64,000 nucleotides of DNA from the human T2T-CHM13v2.0 reference genome, Homo sapiens. How positions within the stretch are numbered: position 1 is the stretch's first letter; the number at the start of each line of letters is the position of its first letter. Position numbers and translations under genes: made by a program. Below are positions 16,298 through 32,445 of the stretch, piece by piece. Where the stretch lies: assembly GCF_009914755.1 (NCBI RefSeq), contig NC_060934.1. One strand, 5' to 3'. Below the pieces are notes generated by a model. It ran no database searches. It saw nothing but the letters and a program-made list of their open reading frames with translations, and was not told where the DNA came from.

Positions 16298-16499
16298 TGT
16301 AGTTCTCAAACTGGAGCAATCCTGCTCGCCAAAGGGCATTTGCTAATGTCTGGAGACATATTTGATTGTCATGAGTAAGAAGTCAGTGCTGCTGGTATGT
16401 AGAGGTCAGGATTGCTGCTCAACATCATACAATGCACAAGACAGAATCACGAAGAATTATCTCTCAAAATATCAGTAATGCTGAGGTTGAAAAACCTTG
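16298..16499. mobile_element. MER20 (hAT-Charlie) DNA transposon
   Basis: gttctcaaactgg...gggcatttgctaatgtctggagacat...gctgaggttgaaaaacc. Confidence 0.8.
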
Positions 16500-17887
16500 C
16501 TCTAGAAAAAGTACTTGCCTTGTGGGTATGCGTATGTGTGCGTCCCTACACACATGAATGTCAGGTGGAAGGTGAACATCCTTCCACTTAGACACTGGAA
16601 TGAGTTTCACTGGGTCCCGCTCTATCCCAAAAGCAAGTTGGGCCATCCAACAATGTCAGAAAACTTCCAGGAAACCAAACAACACAAACAAAAAATGATG
16701 TGCCTAAACGTAAAATTCTATTTACCTTGAAGTTTGTCTTGTGACTAAATTCTTAGTCTTTTCACATGGTTCCCAAACCATAAGCATTCTTTATTACTTA
16801 AAATGAGTGTTTATAGAGCTTAATCTCTAATATTTGCTTATTTTTATTTTCTGTAACAAAAATAAATAATAAATCCCTTTTGTATTCTTAAAACTTGCAC
16901 TATAACACCCATTAGCTAGACATTACAGCTTTTTAAATGAGTATAGTGGGCCTCTGGAGTATAGGTTGACGAGCGTGTATTTAGGAAGGCAGTTATTGAC
17001 AGATTAACCTGCAGAAATCTCCTGTGCTTCTTTGTTACAGGATACAGCAAGGGTAAGGTACCCTTGAAGACATAAGAGAAATAACCATTTCATCAAGATT
17101 CCGGAATCAATAAGTGTCTGCAGCTGGAAGTGAATGGGTGCCTGGTCAGGAGAACAAAAGATAATAAGGTCAAAGGATGTCAGCAAATGCCACTCCACAC
17201 TAGTGGAGGCAACCAGCCAGCGTGCTTTCTCTCCTGCCCATGTCAGCCCCGAACCAGGTATTTTATCCTAGAGAGAAAACTATGAGGCAAGCCAGTGTGA
17301 GCTCTAAGTGGCAAGCACAACAGGGAGTCTATGCCACTCCTCCTTGGGCCGGCCATGTTCCTCGGGATGGACATTGCCAGGACCCGAGCCTCCTCGAGTT
17401 GATTCCTGACAGCTCCACAGGGAAGGAAGGAGCTAGGCTTTTCTGAGAACAAGAATAAATGGAGAGGATTGGAGAAGTTTCTGAATCAAGAAGGCACAGG
17501 TTCCTGTTCCTGCTCTGACAACGGGCCAACCTGTTTTGGTTGTTTGAAGATCTACAGTGGGGGAAACACTAACCTATGCACTGGAAAGTTAAAGATGGAG
17601 ACACAGTGCCACTTCTGAAAGGCTCACCATCTTGTGACAGAGATAGCAGCTGTCAACACACTGGCAATTGTGGTCTCTCATCCACTACATGGTGTGACGA
17701 GACACAGAGAATGAGTACTTTGTCCACAATCTGCTGTGTGACCTTCAGCAACCTACTTACCCTTTCTGATCCCCAGTTTTCTCATCTCTAGGATGAATGC
17801 CTGGACTAAACGATCCCCAGTGCCCTTCTCACTTTAAGGGCTATGAAGAAGTTCCCTTTTTCCTATGGAAACCCTTGTGTACCTACC

Positions 17888-17933
17888 AAAAACAAACAAA
17901 CAAACAAACAAAAATGAAACGAAACGAAACAAA
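17888..17933. repeat. (AAAC)n/(GAAAC)n simple repeat
   Basis: Read directly from the sequence. Confidence 0.85.
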
Positions 17934-19759
17934 CCTGCCTTTCTCTGTTGATGGCTGAGGTCAGTGCAATCAGAAAGCAGTGGTGTGGACTGGCACAGAC
18001 CTCAAAATAAAACAGAACAGCCTTTAATCAGTGTCTAAGGGTTAAGATAATACTAGTATGTGACCTCTTGGTGGCCTGTCCAAAGTGTTCCAGTTAGAAG
18101 GTGGCCAGTGACTTGTAGAGCAATGTGAACCCAGGCAATCTAAGCTTTGGGAAGTCTCCAAGACTTAGAAAAAGAGCTGCTATGTGAGGACTACTGATCT
18201 ATAATATATACCATATATAGCAAGGCTAGGTCTTCCAAGAGTCCCGCAAGAATGGAATGAAGAAATGGCTTTGTAATTCCCTTTCCCATCACTCATAAAT
18301 TACTCATATCAGGGAAACAAACTCAAATCCATTAGCAACAGAGAGGAGTGCCATGTCATAGTTGGGTGGGAGCTACAAATGAAGAGATCTGAACTGCAGT
18401 AAATGTCAACATCTGTGTTTGGTACTGAGGGTTCCTGGAAGCACCCCCAAAAGAGTGGAAATATTATTAGAAGCACCTTTATTCACACCGAATCATTTCA
18501 CTCAATTACCATTTACCCACTGAAAAACCAAAGCTACAGCATGTGATTACTAAAGATCTATAGGAGCAGAGTGAATAGAGCAGAATCATGTTTCTCTTTT
18601 GTCCTGAGGTGCAGCCTTTACACTGTTAAGCTCTCAGGATCCTGTATGTCAATCCATTCATTAATATAATAGAATCAAACTGAGTTTCAAGCAACAAGGA
18701 TCATCTTGAGTTCAGCATTTTCATCTTAAATCTATTCCCTATAGTAGCTTTAAGATAAAGTAAACACAGGTAAGTCATTGAAATGGTTCAAGAACGCCCT
18801 GAAAGAGTAGATGTCCGTGTTTGGGGAGGAAAGAATGTCCCCACGGTAAGAAAATGTGACAATAAATCTAAGTGTACTAGACAGCAAAATTAAAGAGTGG
18901 TTATTTACATTATAAAATCATTTGGTGAAGGTCCCTAAGACATAATAAAAGAGAAAAAAATAAGTTACAGAAAAATGATCATAGAATGATTCAATTTTTA
19001 TATTCATATGTGTCTGTCTCTAATTCTGGTCTAGAAGGGTCTAGCAAGATACACAGTAACTGTTAACAATTTTATCTCTAGAGAGGAGAGGGGAATTGAA
19101 GCTGACAAGGCAGGAGTGAGGGGCTTTCACTTTCCCTCCCTATCCTCCTGCAACATTTTACTTTCTTAAGACAAGGTGTGTTTATATATTACTTGAATCA
19201 CTCAAAACAAGCACTGTGGTGTTCTTTCACATTTCCCGGAGAAACAAATCATTTCAACTATCATTCAATTCTGAAAAATGTACCTTCCATTTCAGGACCA
19301 CGCCTAGTGCATAAATGATGTACACCTGTTCAGGCCACACCTGTCCTCTCCCTTTTAACACTCTCCTTGTGATATGATGTGGTTTCCTTAGCCATGTGCA
19401 GCATCCTTTAAGAAGGTGTTTGGAGGAGTGATTAGGGATAATAGTGAAATGACAGGTTATACACGCAGAGCACCTGAAGCCTTTAAAACAACCCAGCTTC
19501 TCCTTTCAGCCGGATCTAGCGAGGCCTGGGCATGTCCCAGCACCACACAGCCCAGCCGTGGCAGGAAGGGCCCTTTCATGACACATCTTAATTAACTTAT
19601 TGATTGGTGGGGCGTGGTGGTAAGAGAGGAAGAGAATGATGGCTGGGATGGGGGGCAAGACGGCGAGTCTCAAACACAACAAAAAATTCAAAATGCAATA
19701 GCAATCAAAAGAGACATACACCCCAGAGCTCAGCTGTGCTCCAGAAAACAGGATGTGCT

Positions 19760-20370
19760 CCCGATGCGGTGGTGAAATTAAAGATTCTGAACGAAGTCTG
19801 GGTTCGATGGAAACCCAGACTTCACAATACGGAGCTTCTCACACCGAGAACATGTCCGCCCGGCTTTCGATTGATCATTCCCCGTTAGGTGGCCGAGCCC
19901 TGCGGTGCCATTCCAACTTCTGCAACCATGCACAGTGATCGATATTTATAATTACCTTTTTCCTTCACCATGGCAACCGGGTCCTCCGACGAGCAGGACT
20001 GAAGAAGGAACGAGGAATAAACTCTGGGAGTGGAAGCGCGCCTCGGCAGACAGATCCGCGGGCGCTGGGGCAGCCAGGAGAAGCCCCGGCATCCGCTTGT
20101 GAGGTCCGGGGCTGTGGTCTCGAGTCCCGCCCCGCCTCGGCGGGCCCCGCTCCCATGCCCGCCCCGCTATCGCCCCCGCGCTCTTCTCCGCCCGCCCGCC
20201 GAGCTGCAGCCGCGCCCAGCTCGGGGACTCTGCCCTGCGGCTGAAACCACTCGCTACAGCTGCTGCTGTAACAAATGCAAAATTCCACTGTCCTAATCTC
20301 TGGTCACTGACACCACCTTGTATTCCTCGCACCGAGGACGGGCTATGAAAAGCTCCCGAACGCTGGCCCC
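19760..20370. promoter_or_regulatory. CpG island / internal promoter of ABLIM1 with GC boxes
   Basis: Dense CpG and high GC against a CpG-depleted background. Sp1/KLF-type CCCGCCCC boxes at about 20126-20135, 20158-20165 and 20188-20199, upstream (minus strand) of the MVKEK exon. Confidence 0.9.
19956..19971 (-). CDS. ABLIM1: ABLIM1 alternative first exon, coding part (MVKEK + 1 nt)
   Basis: Minus strand reads GTTGCC ATG GTG AAG GAA AAA G|GTAATT: optimal Kozak context and an AAG|GTAAT donor. Same phase 1 as the long-isoform exon, located at the downstream edge of a CpG island. A TGCATG (RBFOX-type) motif lies ~23 nt into the intron (19927-19932). Confidence 0.8.
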
Positions 20371-22020
20371 CTCCCACAGTCTGATAAATGATTGCCAGGA
20401 AGAGGAGGACCGAGCACCAGCTAGAGACGGTTCCAATAAGTAAAACTAGTCAATGGTTAGCTTATTGGCTCCCTGTTACAGTCGCTTTCAATTTTTACTA
20501 CGGCTTCTTTCAGGCAAACTGGATAAATAAAATTGGCCTTAATGTAAAACAAAAACAGAATAATGATGCTAATGGCAATTTCAAGTTCACTTTCTTATGA
20601 AAAATGAATAATGACATTTGGTTTGCACGGCTGCTCCCCGCTATAATTTACCTGAATGGGGCTGGGGGAAGGTAGAGACTGAGAGACAGCCGGGGAAGAG
20701 GATCTTTCAGGATTCTATTCCTTATCCAGGATCCAATTCAGGATCAAAGTTAAAATCTGATTTATCCATGTAGGGGGGATTTTGACTTCCCCCTTCTCCC
20801 TCTGTTTCATCGGAGTTTTTAGACAAGCCCCTTGGATGTGCATATACCAGGGAGGAACTCCAGTCACAATTAAGGGACAAACAGCCTCATCTAGTTCGGT
20901 CCACCACCAGGATCAGCCTAAGCCTGACCCCACAGCAGCAACTCCTCAGGAGGCTTTTGATTTCTGACCCACAGGGTCACGGGCTGTCCTGTGACCTGTC
21001 CTGCTGTCCTGTGAGCTGAGGACTTCTGGTTCACAAAGCCAACACCCACCTGACTCCAGCCTCTGTCTCCCAAATCCAGCTTACCGGGTCCCGACCGCAT
21101 GCCATATACATCCACCATGTGTGAGAAATGGGATGAGCAAGAGACAAAAAGACAGACATCACAAGGCAGGGAGAGCAGCAGATGGCTAACACATCTTTCA
21201 GAACCAGAATGCACAGCCAGTATTAGACGGTATTTACTGCAAATATTGTAACATGTTGAGTCTAAGAGAGCCAGGGGAACCGAAAGGAATGAAGTCAATC
21301 AACCTGCCTCCTCTTTGACTCAGAGGGTGTGTATGGCTGAAATAAACTACATTTGGTGGGTCTGGGGAGAAGCGGGAAAAATGCCCATTTCTTCACATTC
21401 ATCTTGGGCAGGTCTTCATTGCTGGTTTTCTGATGTGTAACAGTAGCACAGCTCAGGCAGCTGTGACATTCCTACATCTGTGACTCAGGGCTTTACTATT
21501 AATAGCTTGGGTGTCTCAGGCTGTAAGTAAGAGCTAAGTCCCCTCCAGCCCCTGGGTTGTCTTTTCTATGACAACATACTTCGCCCACACCACTCCCCGC
21601 ACCCATGGCAGCCCCATAAGCTCATGTTTTTCCTAAGTCAGCAGCCAGCTGGAGTGTAAGCACTGAAGAGCGTTTAAGCGACTTCTCTAACCTCCATTCA
21701 TAAATATGAGCCAAGCACGAGAGCAGCTCGACTTCCAGTCCAGAGGGATGGCAGAGTTCAAGAGCATCCAGGAAACAAGCCCTTCACGTTCCCCAATTTT
21801 CATGGCTAAAACTGCACTTGTCTACTTTCCCACTCCTAATCACCCTCAGAGCCTTTAAGGAGATGCTGACAAGCAAAATTAACTGCAGAGAGCTGAAATT
21901 AGGCTGTGTTGTGAGCCTAGCAGGTGAATCTATTTTATTATATTTTTGCTGCTTAGGTACATGGGCATCTCACTTAAGCACCTGTCTCCAAAGCTCTCAT
22001 GTTATTCAGCCCAAAGCTAA

Positions 22021-22492
<472 letters not shown>

Positions 22493-23585
22493 TCAATTTT
22501 TCTTTTACTTGGGATGGCAGTTTAAAACTCTGAGATTTAAGTTTACTAACCAAATTGGTCTCTTATTACAGTTCTGAACCTACCTGTATACCTTGGTGGA
22601 TAAATCACACAGAAACAGAATTTGGAAAGGCTCTCTGGCAGCTTTGGAGACTAAGTTGGCAGAGTAACAGCTGGTGCCTATTCATTTTCAGAGAAGCCTT
22701 TTCTAAAGGAAAATACTACATAGTGGTTCAGAGAGATTTTCCCCCCGCCTGTGTTTTCCATGGAAAGAATTTTTCTGTGCCACAGTCAAAGTGAATGAGT
22801 CACCAGCATCTAGTTGCTAAGTAATAGTCACACGGCAAAAGTCCCCCCGCCAATCAGACGCTGCTACTTTGGGATAAAAGTATCCACTCTGCACTTTTAA
22901 GATAACCAAAGAGTGTATTACTAAAGTTATTTTTGGAATGTGGGAGAGTAAAACAAATTGTTTTTGCCTCTTTGCCTCAGGGCAGAATTGCTAAAGAGCT
23001 TTAAGAACAGAAGCAAAGCATAGACATTTTCTACTTTACAGCTAAAGCTGCAAGAAGTGCAGCAAACTACATCAAGAATAAAAATGAAATTTATAGTTCA
23101 TAAGAAAGAACTTTTTATTCTTATATCTTGAGATGATTTCCAAAGAACTTATCTCAATCTCATTCCACTCAGATGACATAAGTCTTCATAATACGGACAC
23201 CAACCCACGGTTTTATTTGTTGTTTTCTGCCCCATCAGACTGACCCATTGCCTCCTTCTCATTCACTTACACATAAAGCAAGGGTTGTCCACAAGTGACC
23301 AAAGGACAGAAACCATTTTGTTGGAGAGAAAAGCTTATTAGCACACAGTCACTCTTGGCAAAAATTCAAGCGTACATCATTTCAGTAGCGATGCCAATTA
23401 GGAGGGAAATGTTACAGCTAGAAACAAGCAACCCGGCAGAGTCCACTTCCTCATAGCTTATTCTCCTCTACAGAGCCATGGGTCACTTACTGTACGTGCA
23501 CCTGTAGTGCAGGAATTTCAGGATCCCTCCGTGGGACTGGAACATCAGGTGTCCAGTTGCTAACCCTCAACACCACTGGACTCAT

Positions 23586-23881
23586 TTTTGTTGTTGTTGT
23601 TTTGAGACGGAGTCTCACTCTGTCACCCAGGCTGGAGTGCAGTGGCACATCTCAGGTCACTGCAACCTCCGCCTCCTAGGTTTCAAGCGGTTCTCCTGCT
23701 TCAGCCTCCCGAGTAGCTGGGATTGCAGTGCGCCACCACGCCTGGCTAATTTTAGTATTTTTAGTAGAGACAGGGTTTCACCACGTTGGCCAGGCTGGTT
23801 TCGAACTCCTGAACTCAGGTGATCTGCCTGCCTTGGCCTCTCAAGGTGCTGGGATTACAGGCGTGAGCCACTGCACCCAGC
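23586..23881 (-). mobile_element. AluS
   Basis: Antisense Alu; TSD ccactggactc. Confidence 0.92.
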
Positions 23882-24744
23882 CCCCACTGGACTCTTTAGC
23901 TAAAAGCATGCTCAGAATCCTTTCTAGCAGAATTCAGCCAAAAGAAACCTGGAGAATGAGTTCCTATTTGCTTTCTACTTAGTGTTGGCATCAATCAATC
24001 TCATTTCAGAGATTTATGGGACACCTGCTGCGTGCCAGGTACTGGGCTGGGTATACAAAAGCAAGAAGAGAGAAACCACTGCCCAGGAGGTGCTCACCAT
24101 CTAGCGGAGGAGATATATGCACACACATATTCTCAATGAAATGAGGAAGGTATTAAGACAGGAGTAGGCACGGGGTGCAGGGCAGTGCTGAGTCCAACCT
24201 GGGAAGTCAGGAGGGGCTTCCAGGAAGAGTAAGGAGGTACGTAATGACGGGTCAAGTGCAGAAAGAGGGAAAGTCATTCCAAGTGGAGGTAATAGGGCAA
24301 GAAGGCATCCAGTAGTTCACTATTGGTGAGGAGCAGGGAGAGGCTCAAGATGAGGCTGGGTGACAGGTGACAGAGGGCCCTCAATGCCACTCTAAAGAAT
24401 GGACCTTAGAAATGTTGTGGTTAAAGTCTCAAACCTAAGCTATCTATTTCTTTCTAAATGGAGTTCAAAGGCTCTGGCTGCATTTCAAGGTACAGCATGA
24501 TCTGTTTCCAACCATATTGCCTCCTGCCTCCATTTGGATTGTGTTGGTGTGTGCATTTCTGGTGTTTAGCAGACAGCTTGACATGGAATGGATGCATAGG
24601 AAGTGTCTATCCATTTATTTAAACATTTCCCAGGTCAACAGAATAAAAAGCCATACATGTCTCACACACACAGTATTTTAAGAAGTACAAGGCATCTGGG
24701 ATTGGCTTATCCCTTCTATTGTAATGGCTTCAAGTTCACAACTA

Positions 24745-25137
<393 letters not shown>

Positions 25138-26680
25138 TCACCAGGGATAGAAATGCAAGGGGTGCTTCAAATGCAGACACCTGGTCCCCACCTCAGGTCT
25201 GACTGATAACTCAGATTCTCTGGGAAGGAGGCCTGAGTGGCAGTCAGCTTCTCCGGTGACTAAGGACCCTTGCTAATAAGCTGGCTTGCAAAGCACGAGG
25301 ATAGACTGAGATTTACAAACAGCTATATACCATGCCATCAGATCTGAAAAACAATCCTTATACTCTCTGTTGGCCAAAATAACAATCAGCTGGACATTCA
25401 CTGCAATCTTAATGAGAATTTATTAGAAGTGGTGATTCCAAAGTTTCCTACAGTCTAGGACAAATTCCTAAATATCTGATCCCTCTTGATCCTACTCACT
25501 CTCATGTCCTTAAATGACAATTCTCAGGATTTTTTCCATATGAATCTCATAGAATCAATGCCCGGCAAAGTTCTTTTCCTTGAGTTCTTAAAGTAGAACT
25601 ATTTTATGGTTGTATCCAAACTTCTCCATGGTCTTTTTCAAAAGCCAGTTCTGAGTTTGGACCCAAGCAATAGGTTGCACCTCAAGAAAAATCGTGAAAA
25701 TTACTACGGTATATTTAAAGTTCCCTCTAAACAAATCACTAAGGATATAAATGACAGAGTGAACAAAAAATAAATCATTTTCCTACAAGAGCAGCAAAAG
25801 CTATTACTAGAATTCTAAGGATCTTGGGATAGTAAAGAGTTTCAGAGATTTTAGCCTAACTTCAGACTCACGAGTACACAAGTACAAAAATAGTTCTCTG
25901 AATTATTTGGGAAAAGGCCATTTTTAAAAACAGTTTACTACCAGCTTTCTCTTTTATTGTAATATTTTCTAGATAGAAATCCAGTTATTGGGATATAAAA
26001 ATGGTTGCTTTCTATCAGGTAGAATTGCAATGCCTTCCCTGACAACACTCCCCTCTTTCTGGTACTTACCACCACCAAGTGCTCTGAAGTTGACTATGTT
26101 GTAATGAAGGATGGACATATCTATTTTTGCAAAAGGTTGTGGGCTCTCTGAGGGAAAGGGTCACATGTTATTGTATCTGTGCTGTATTCACATAGTAATA
26201 CACAAAGGCACAAAGTAGGAATGCAATATTTGATGAATAAATAAATATTCCTTTTCATACAAATAGACTGATTTCAAAATCTAACTCAAATAAATTAAGA
26301 GTAAATTCAGTCTCTTAGATAAAAATAAATTTAATAATTGCTTCAAAGTATTTGCCAAGATACAAACCAATAATTACTTTGGAGAGAAAGTAGGCCAAAG
26401 AGGAACTTCATCAGGCAGTCATTTTACAAAGTCCCCTTTATAACCTACCCTCACAGCTACTTCGGTCACCATTAGAGGCCAGTATGTGTCAGCCACCATT
26501 CTAGTCTCTACATGTATCACCTCATCTTGTCCTCATAACAACTGGATGAAGTACATATTATTATACTTTATATGTGAGAAAAGAGGTTGGTGAGAGGCCA
26601 AAGCCATGGGCCCTCTCTTTGGGTTACTGGGCCTTCCCTTCTGCAGAGGTTGTTAAAGAGCCTCTCGTCCCATGCCCTGC

Positions 26681-26682
<2 letters not shown>

Positions 26683-26717
<35 letters not shown>
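26683..26717. repeat. (CA)n microsatellite
   Basis: About 17 uninterrupted AC units. Confidence 0.97.
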
Positions 26718-26718
<1 letters not shown>

Positions 26719-28225
26719 GCATTTCTGTAGGCAAGGTGCACTCAATGTACATCAACAGGCATTTCTAAAAGGCCTGGCCTGATAGCAATGATGCTGCCCT
26801 TTGCCTTGCCTGTGTAAAGCAATCCTTTTTCCAGATACCTTATCCTTCATCGGTTCTTGGACTTCATATGGAAGGACCTGTCAGGTGAATAGCATCATAA
26901 CCTTGGTCTGTGGCACTCACCGTTGGCTGCACAGGGGAAGATAATGTACCCAGACCCACATAGCAAGACTTCAAAAGTGCAGTGTAATCATCCACCCTGT
27001 CTAATCATTCTTAAGGAATGGCATTTCTGTGGTTTATGTAGACAGCAAGTTAAAATTAAAAACAATTTTTTTGCAAGGTTTACAAAGCCTACATTTGTTC
27101 CCCTACCTCATCTGGCCTTATAATAAATTCTCCTAATTATGCCCTGGAACAGTCCCAGAAAATAACCTCTCTCTCATACTCTTGGATTTGTCAGTCATCA
27201 TCGGAGGAACTAGCCAAGTAAAACATGCAACACACACAACCATTACTGCATTTGCTACCACAGGAATGGCAGCTTTGTCATCTAACACATCTCAGCAAGT
27301 TTCTCTAGTTCTTAGTACAGAGAAGAGACCATGCAACCCACACCCTGGTTTGTGGAAATCTATAACTTGTATTCATAAATAGGCACTAATTAAGATAAAA
27401 GCAGAAGTCCTAAAGCAGACGTGTCCATGGTTACACAATTACTTAGAAATGGGTCAAAACCCCTCACATCCTGCCGCCTACCCAGTGGTTATTCTATCAT
27501 GCCACACCGGCCACACAGGCCGCCTGATTAAACACAGGCTGGGTTTGAATTCTAGCTCCACCACATGCTGAGTGACCCTGGGCACATTGTTTTCTCTGTC
27601 TGGGTTTCAGCAGTCTCAGCTGTGAATGGTATGAGACGTTCCACTTGTGAGGTTGTGGTGAGGACAGCGGCAGCTTCATGGCATGTAACCTGCAGCGTTG
27701 CATAGGTTCAGAAGATGTTCATGCTCAGAAGATGTCTCTATTTGGTTTAATGCTTTGCTATTGCCATCCTGACATTTGTAATAATTTAGTCTTTGAACTT
27801 GTGTTTTGTAAGTGAAGTCTGATGGGAGAGCGGAGCACACATGTGAACAGATGAGATGCGTGCAGTTTGTGTGTTTGCTATTCCTGCTGCCCGTGCACAC
27901 AGAGTGTTTGCAACACCCCGTGAGCACAGGATTCCACTGCAGTCACAATGTGTAGGAATTCAGGGAGACTCAAAGTGAGGACAAGGTGTGTTATATCCAT
28001 AACTGAGTCACATTCCACTCAAACCAGGATGCTTGCTTTGAATGCACGGAGAAGGCAATGATGTTCTAGGAAATACAAACAACCAAGAAATCTTATTATA
28101 TTCCTTCCTATCCATGTTAGTTCCCTATATTAGCCAACCACTCACACCAAAAATGATGACATAGAAGGAAAGGGAAAGACAGGGCAACTAGCGCTGTCTT
28201 CCTTTTAGCCCTTCCTTATTCATCA

Positions 28226-28717
<492 letters not shown>

Positions 28718-29292
28718 TCAGTGATTCCATTGAGTTAAAAGTTGTTGTATTTGCACTTAAAATTGGCTTTGCACAATAAAAGGTAAAATTCACATTAATA
28801 ATTTAAAATTTTAATTTTACTTTATTTAGGATGACATTAAATAGAAAATAAGAACTACTGAGTTGAGAGAATCTGGGGAATAAAGAAAAAAGCTTTATAT
28901 TTGAGTACCACTAATGGCACTTTCTCCTGCATTTTAAACAAGGGGTCCCACCTTTTCCTTTTGCACTGGGCCTGAAAATTATGTATCCTGTGTTGGGTGA
29001 GAATAACAGGTGTTCTATCCCAAAAGAAAGTACCTAGCACTAAGAAGGAACGCAGTTAAGGGTAATAACTATTGTTATTTCATTTCTCACTGCCTCATCA
29101 ATTCACAATAAAACAGGATAAGCTTGAAAACTGAAATTCAAGTTTTCAAAAGCACTTGAAGGTATAAGGAGACTTTTAATAATATCGAAGCTGGGGGATT
29201 TAACCTGTAACATCTTAAAGAATTTAGACCCCCTCCTGATATTTTGTTATATGACCTCTGCTGCCAAATGAGAAAGTCACTGTGAAGCCAAT

Positions 29293-29323
<31 letters not shown>

Positions 29324-29379
29324 GTGGACTTCGATGTTAGCAAATCTTCCCAGGAAGACATGGTTGTTATCTTCAACCT

Positions 29380-30360
<981 letters not shown>

Positions 30361-30369
30361 ACTGCATGA

Positions 30370-31400
30370 AATAAAAAAGAGCTCAAGGATGAAATGATGA
30401 CACAACAGGACTAGATGAAAAAGGTTAGAGAAATTAAGAAATAAAAACCAAGGACAAAGATAATTTCAATAGTAAGAATGGAAATATCAAAGAACAAAAC
30501 AAACACTGATAAAATATCTAATTCCTAGCATAGAGAAAACTTTGAAATGATTTCAATGAATGCAGAAGAAAGAGCCTCAAACAATGAGAGAAAACAATAG
30601 ATGTGCAAGATGAAGAAAGATTTTTTTAAATGTATATCCTAGAAGTAGAGAACCTAAGAAGCAGATGTATTCAAAGATTAAATACACAAGAATACCTCTG
30701 AAATGAAGAGACAGCTGAATTCACAGATTTAAAGAGTATAGATATAATATATTTTGGCAAAATTTGATACAGAATGCTGACTCCAAGTCCTAGACTAAGG
30801 CTTCGAACTCCAAAAGATATCATTCTCCATATGTCCAGGCAGAAAACCCCTACTGCTCACAAAAAGAGAAAAACTCAGGCTAGCCTCAGACTTCTCAACA
30901 GCAACACTGATACTTAGAAGATGATGAAGCAATACCTGGATGTCTTGAGGGAAAGAAAGAAACTTACACCTGCCAAAATGTCCGAGAACCTGCCAAAAGA
31001 ACCAAGAAACTTACACCTGCCAAAACGTCGTTCAGAGATAAGGGCAATGGGCAAACCACCACAAACAGAAAGGTGTTCAGGAAGCACAACACCGTGAACC
31101 CTTCTTGGGAAAACTGCTGGAAAACAACATCCAGCCAATTAAGAGATGAATTAAAATAAACTCAGGAATGCAAACACTACTAAAAGTGCTAGCAGTGAGC
31201 AGTGAATTCAATTAAATAGGAAACTGACACCACAATTACCTGATTATGGTTAGAGAGGAATATGGAAATGTTTTGAGCAAAGGGAAATGTGAAAACAACA
31301 TTACAACTAACAAAAATCGGAGGTGAGTAGGAGACAACTATGAGAGTGCTGTTGTTCTCGTGTACACAGTAGGGAGGTAATGACTGGCACCAGACTGTAC
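30370..31400 (+). mobile_element. Ancient L1ME-like 5'/ORF1 remnant
   Basis: A-rich degenerate sequence containing caggctagcctcagacttctcaacagcaacact, an L1 ORF1-like motif. Confidence 0.6.
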
Positions 31401-31628
31401 AAGATTCTTCATCTAAGCATCTCACAGAAGCAACCTCAGATCACATCACACAATCACTTCATCTTTGCTTAGAGATTATATAAAATCTCATCACTGTGTT
31501 TATACCCCAGTTCCTGTTTCTTGGACTTGGTAAGGCAAAGGGTATCATAAGGCAAATATATCTTCAGGATTTTTTAAGAAAAGGGAGATGACATAGCTTT
31601 AACTTTTTACTGATTATATCCAGATTCT

Positions 31629-31923
31629 TTTTTTTTTTTTTTTGAGATAGTGTCTCACTCTGTCACACAGGCTGGAGTCCAGTGGCAAGATCATGGCTCA
31701 CTGCAACCTCAAATCCTGGGCTCAAGTGATCCTCCCACCCCAGCCTCCTGAGTAGCTGGGACCACAGACATGCATCATTATATCCAGCTAATTTTTAAAT
31801 TTTTTTAGAGAGGGAGTCTCACTACATTGCCCAGGCTAGGTTTAAACTTCTGGGCTCAAGCAATCCTCCTGCTTCAGCCTCCCAAAGTGCTGGGATTACA
31901 GGTGTGAGTCACTGACCCTAGCC
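31629..31923 (-). mobile_element. AluJ
   Basis: Antisense Alu; TSD tatatccagattctt. Confidence 0.9.
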
Positions 31924-32047
31924 TATATCCAGATTCTTAGTGCAAGAACCAAAATTGTTTCTAATTCATTAACATTTAAGATTTCTACAGCATGTTTCTT
32001 TCGGACAGACTGATGAATAAATAATTTTTAAAAAATACCATGGTTCT

Positions 32048-32445
<398 letters not shown>

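Noticed and set aside
19964-19978. RFX X-box-like GTTGCCATGG over the MVKEK start
   Set aside because: The second half-site is poor (GGTGAA), and the sequence is fully explained by the Kozak consensus.
19952-20377. Long overlapping ORFs in the CpG island as independent genes
   Set aside because: Stop-codon scarcity is expected in GC-rich DNA; considered only as possible uORFs.
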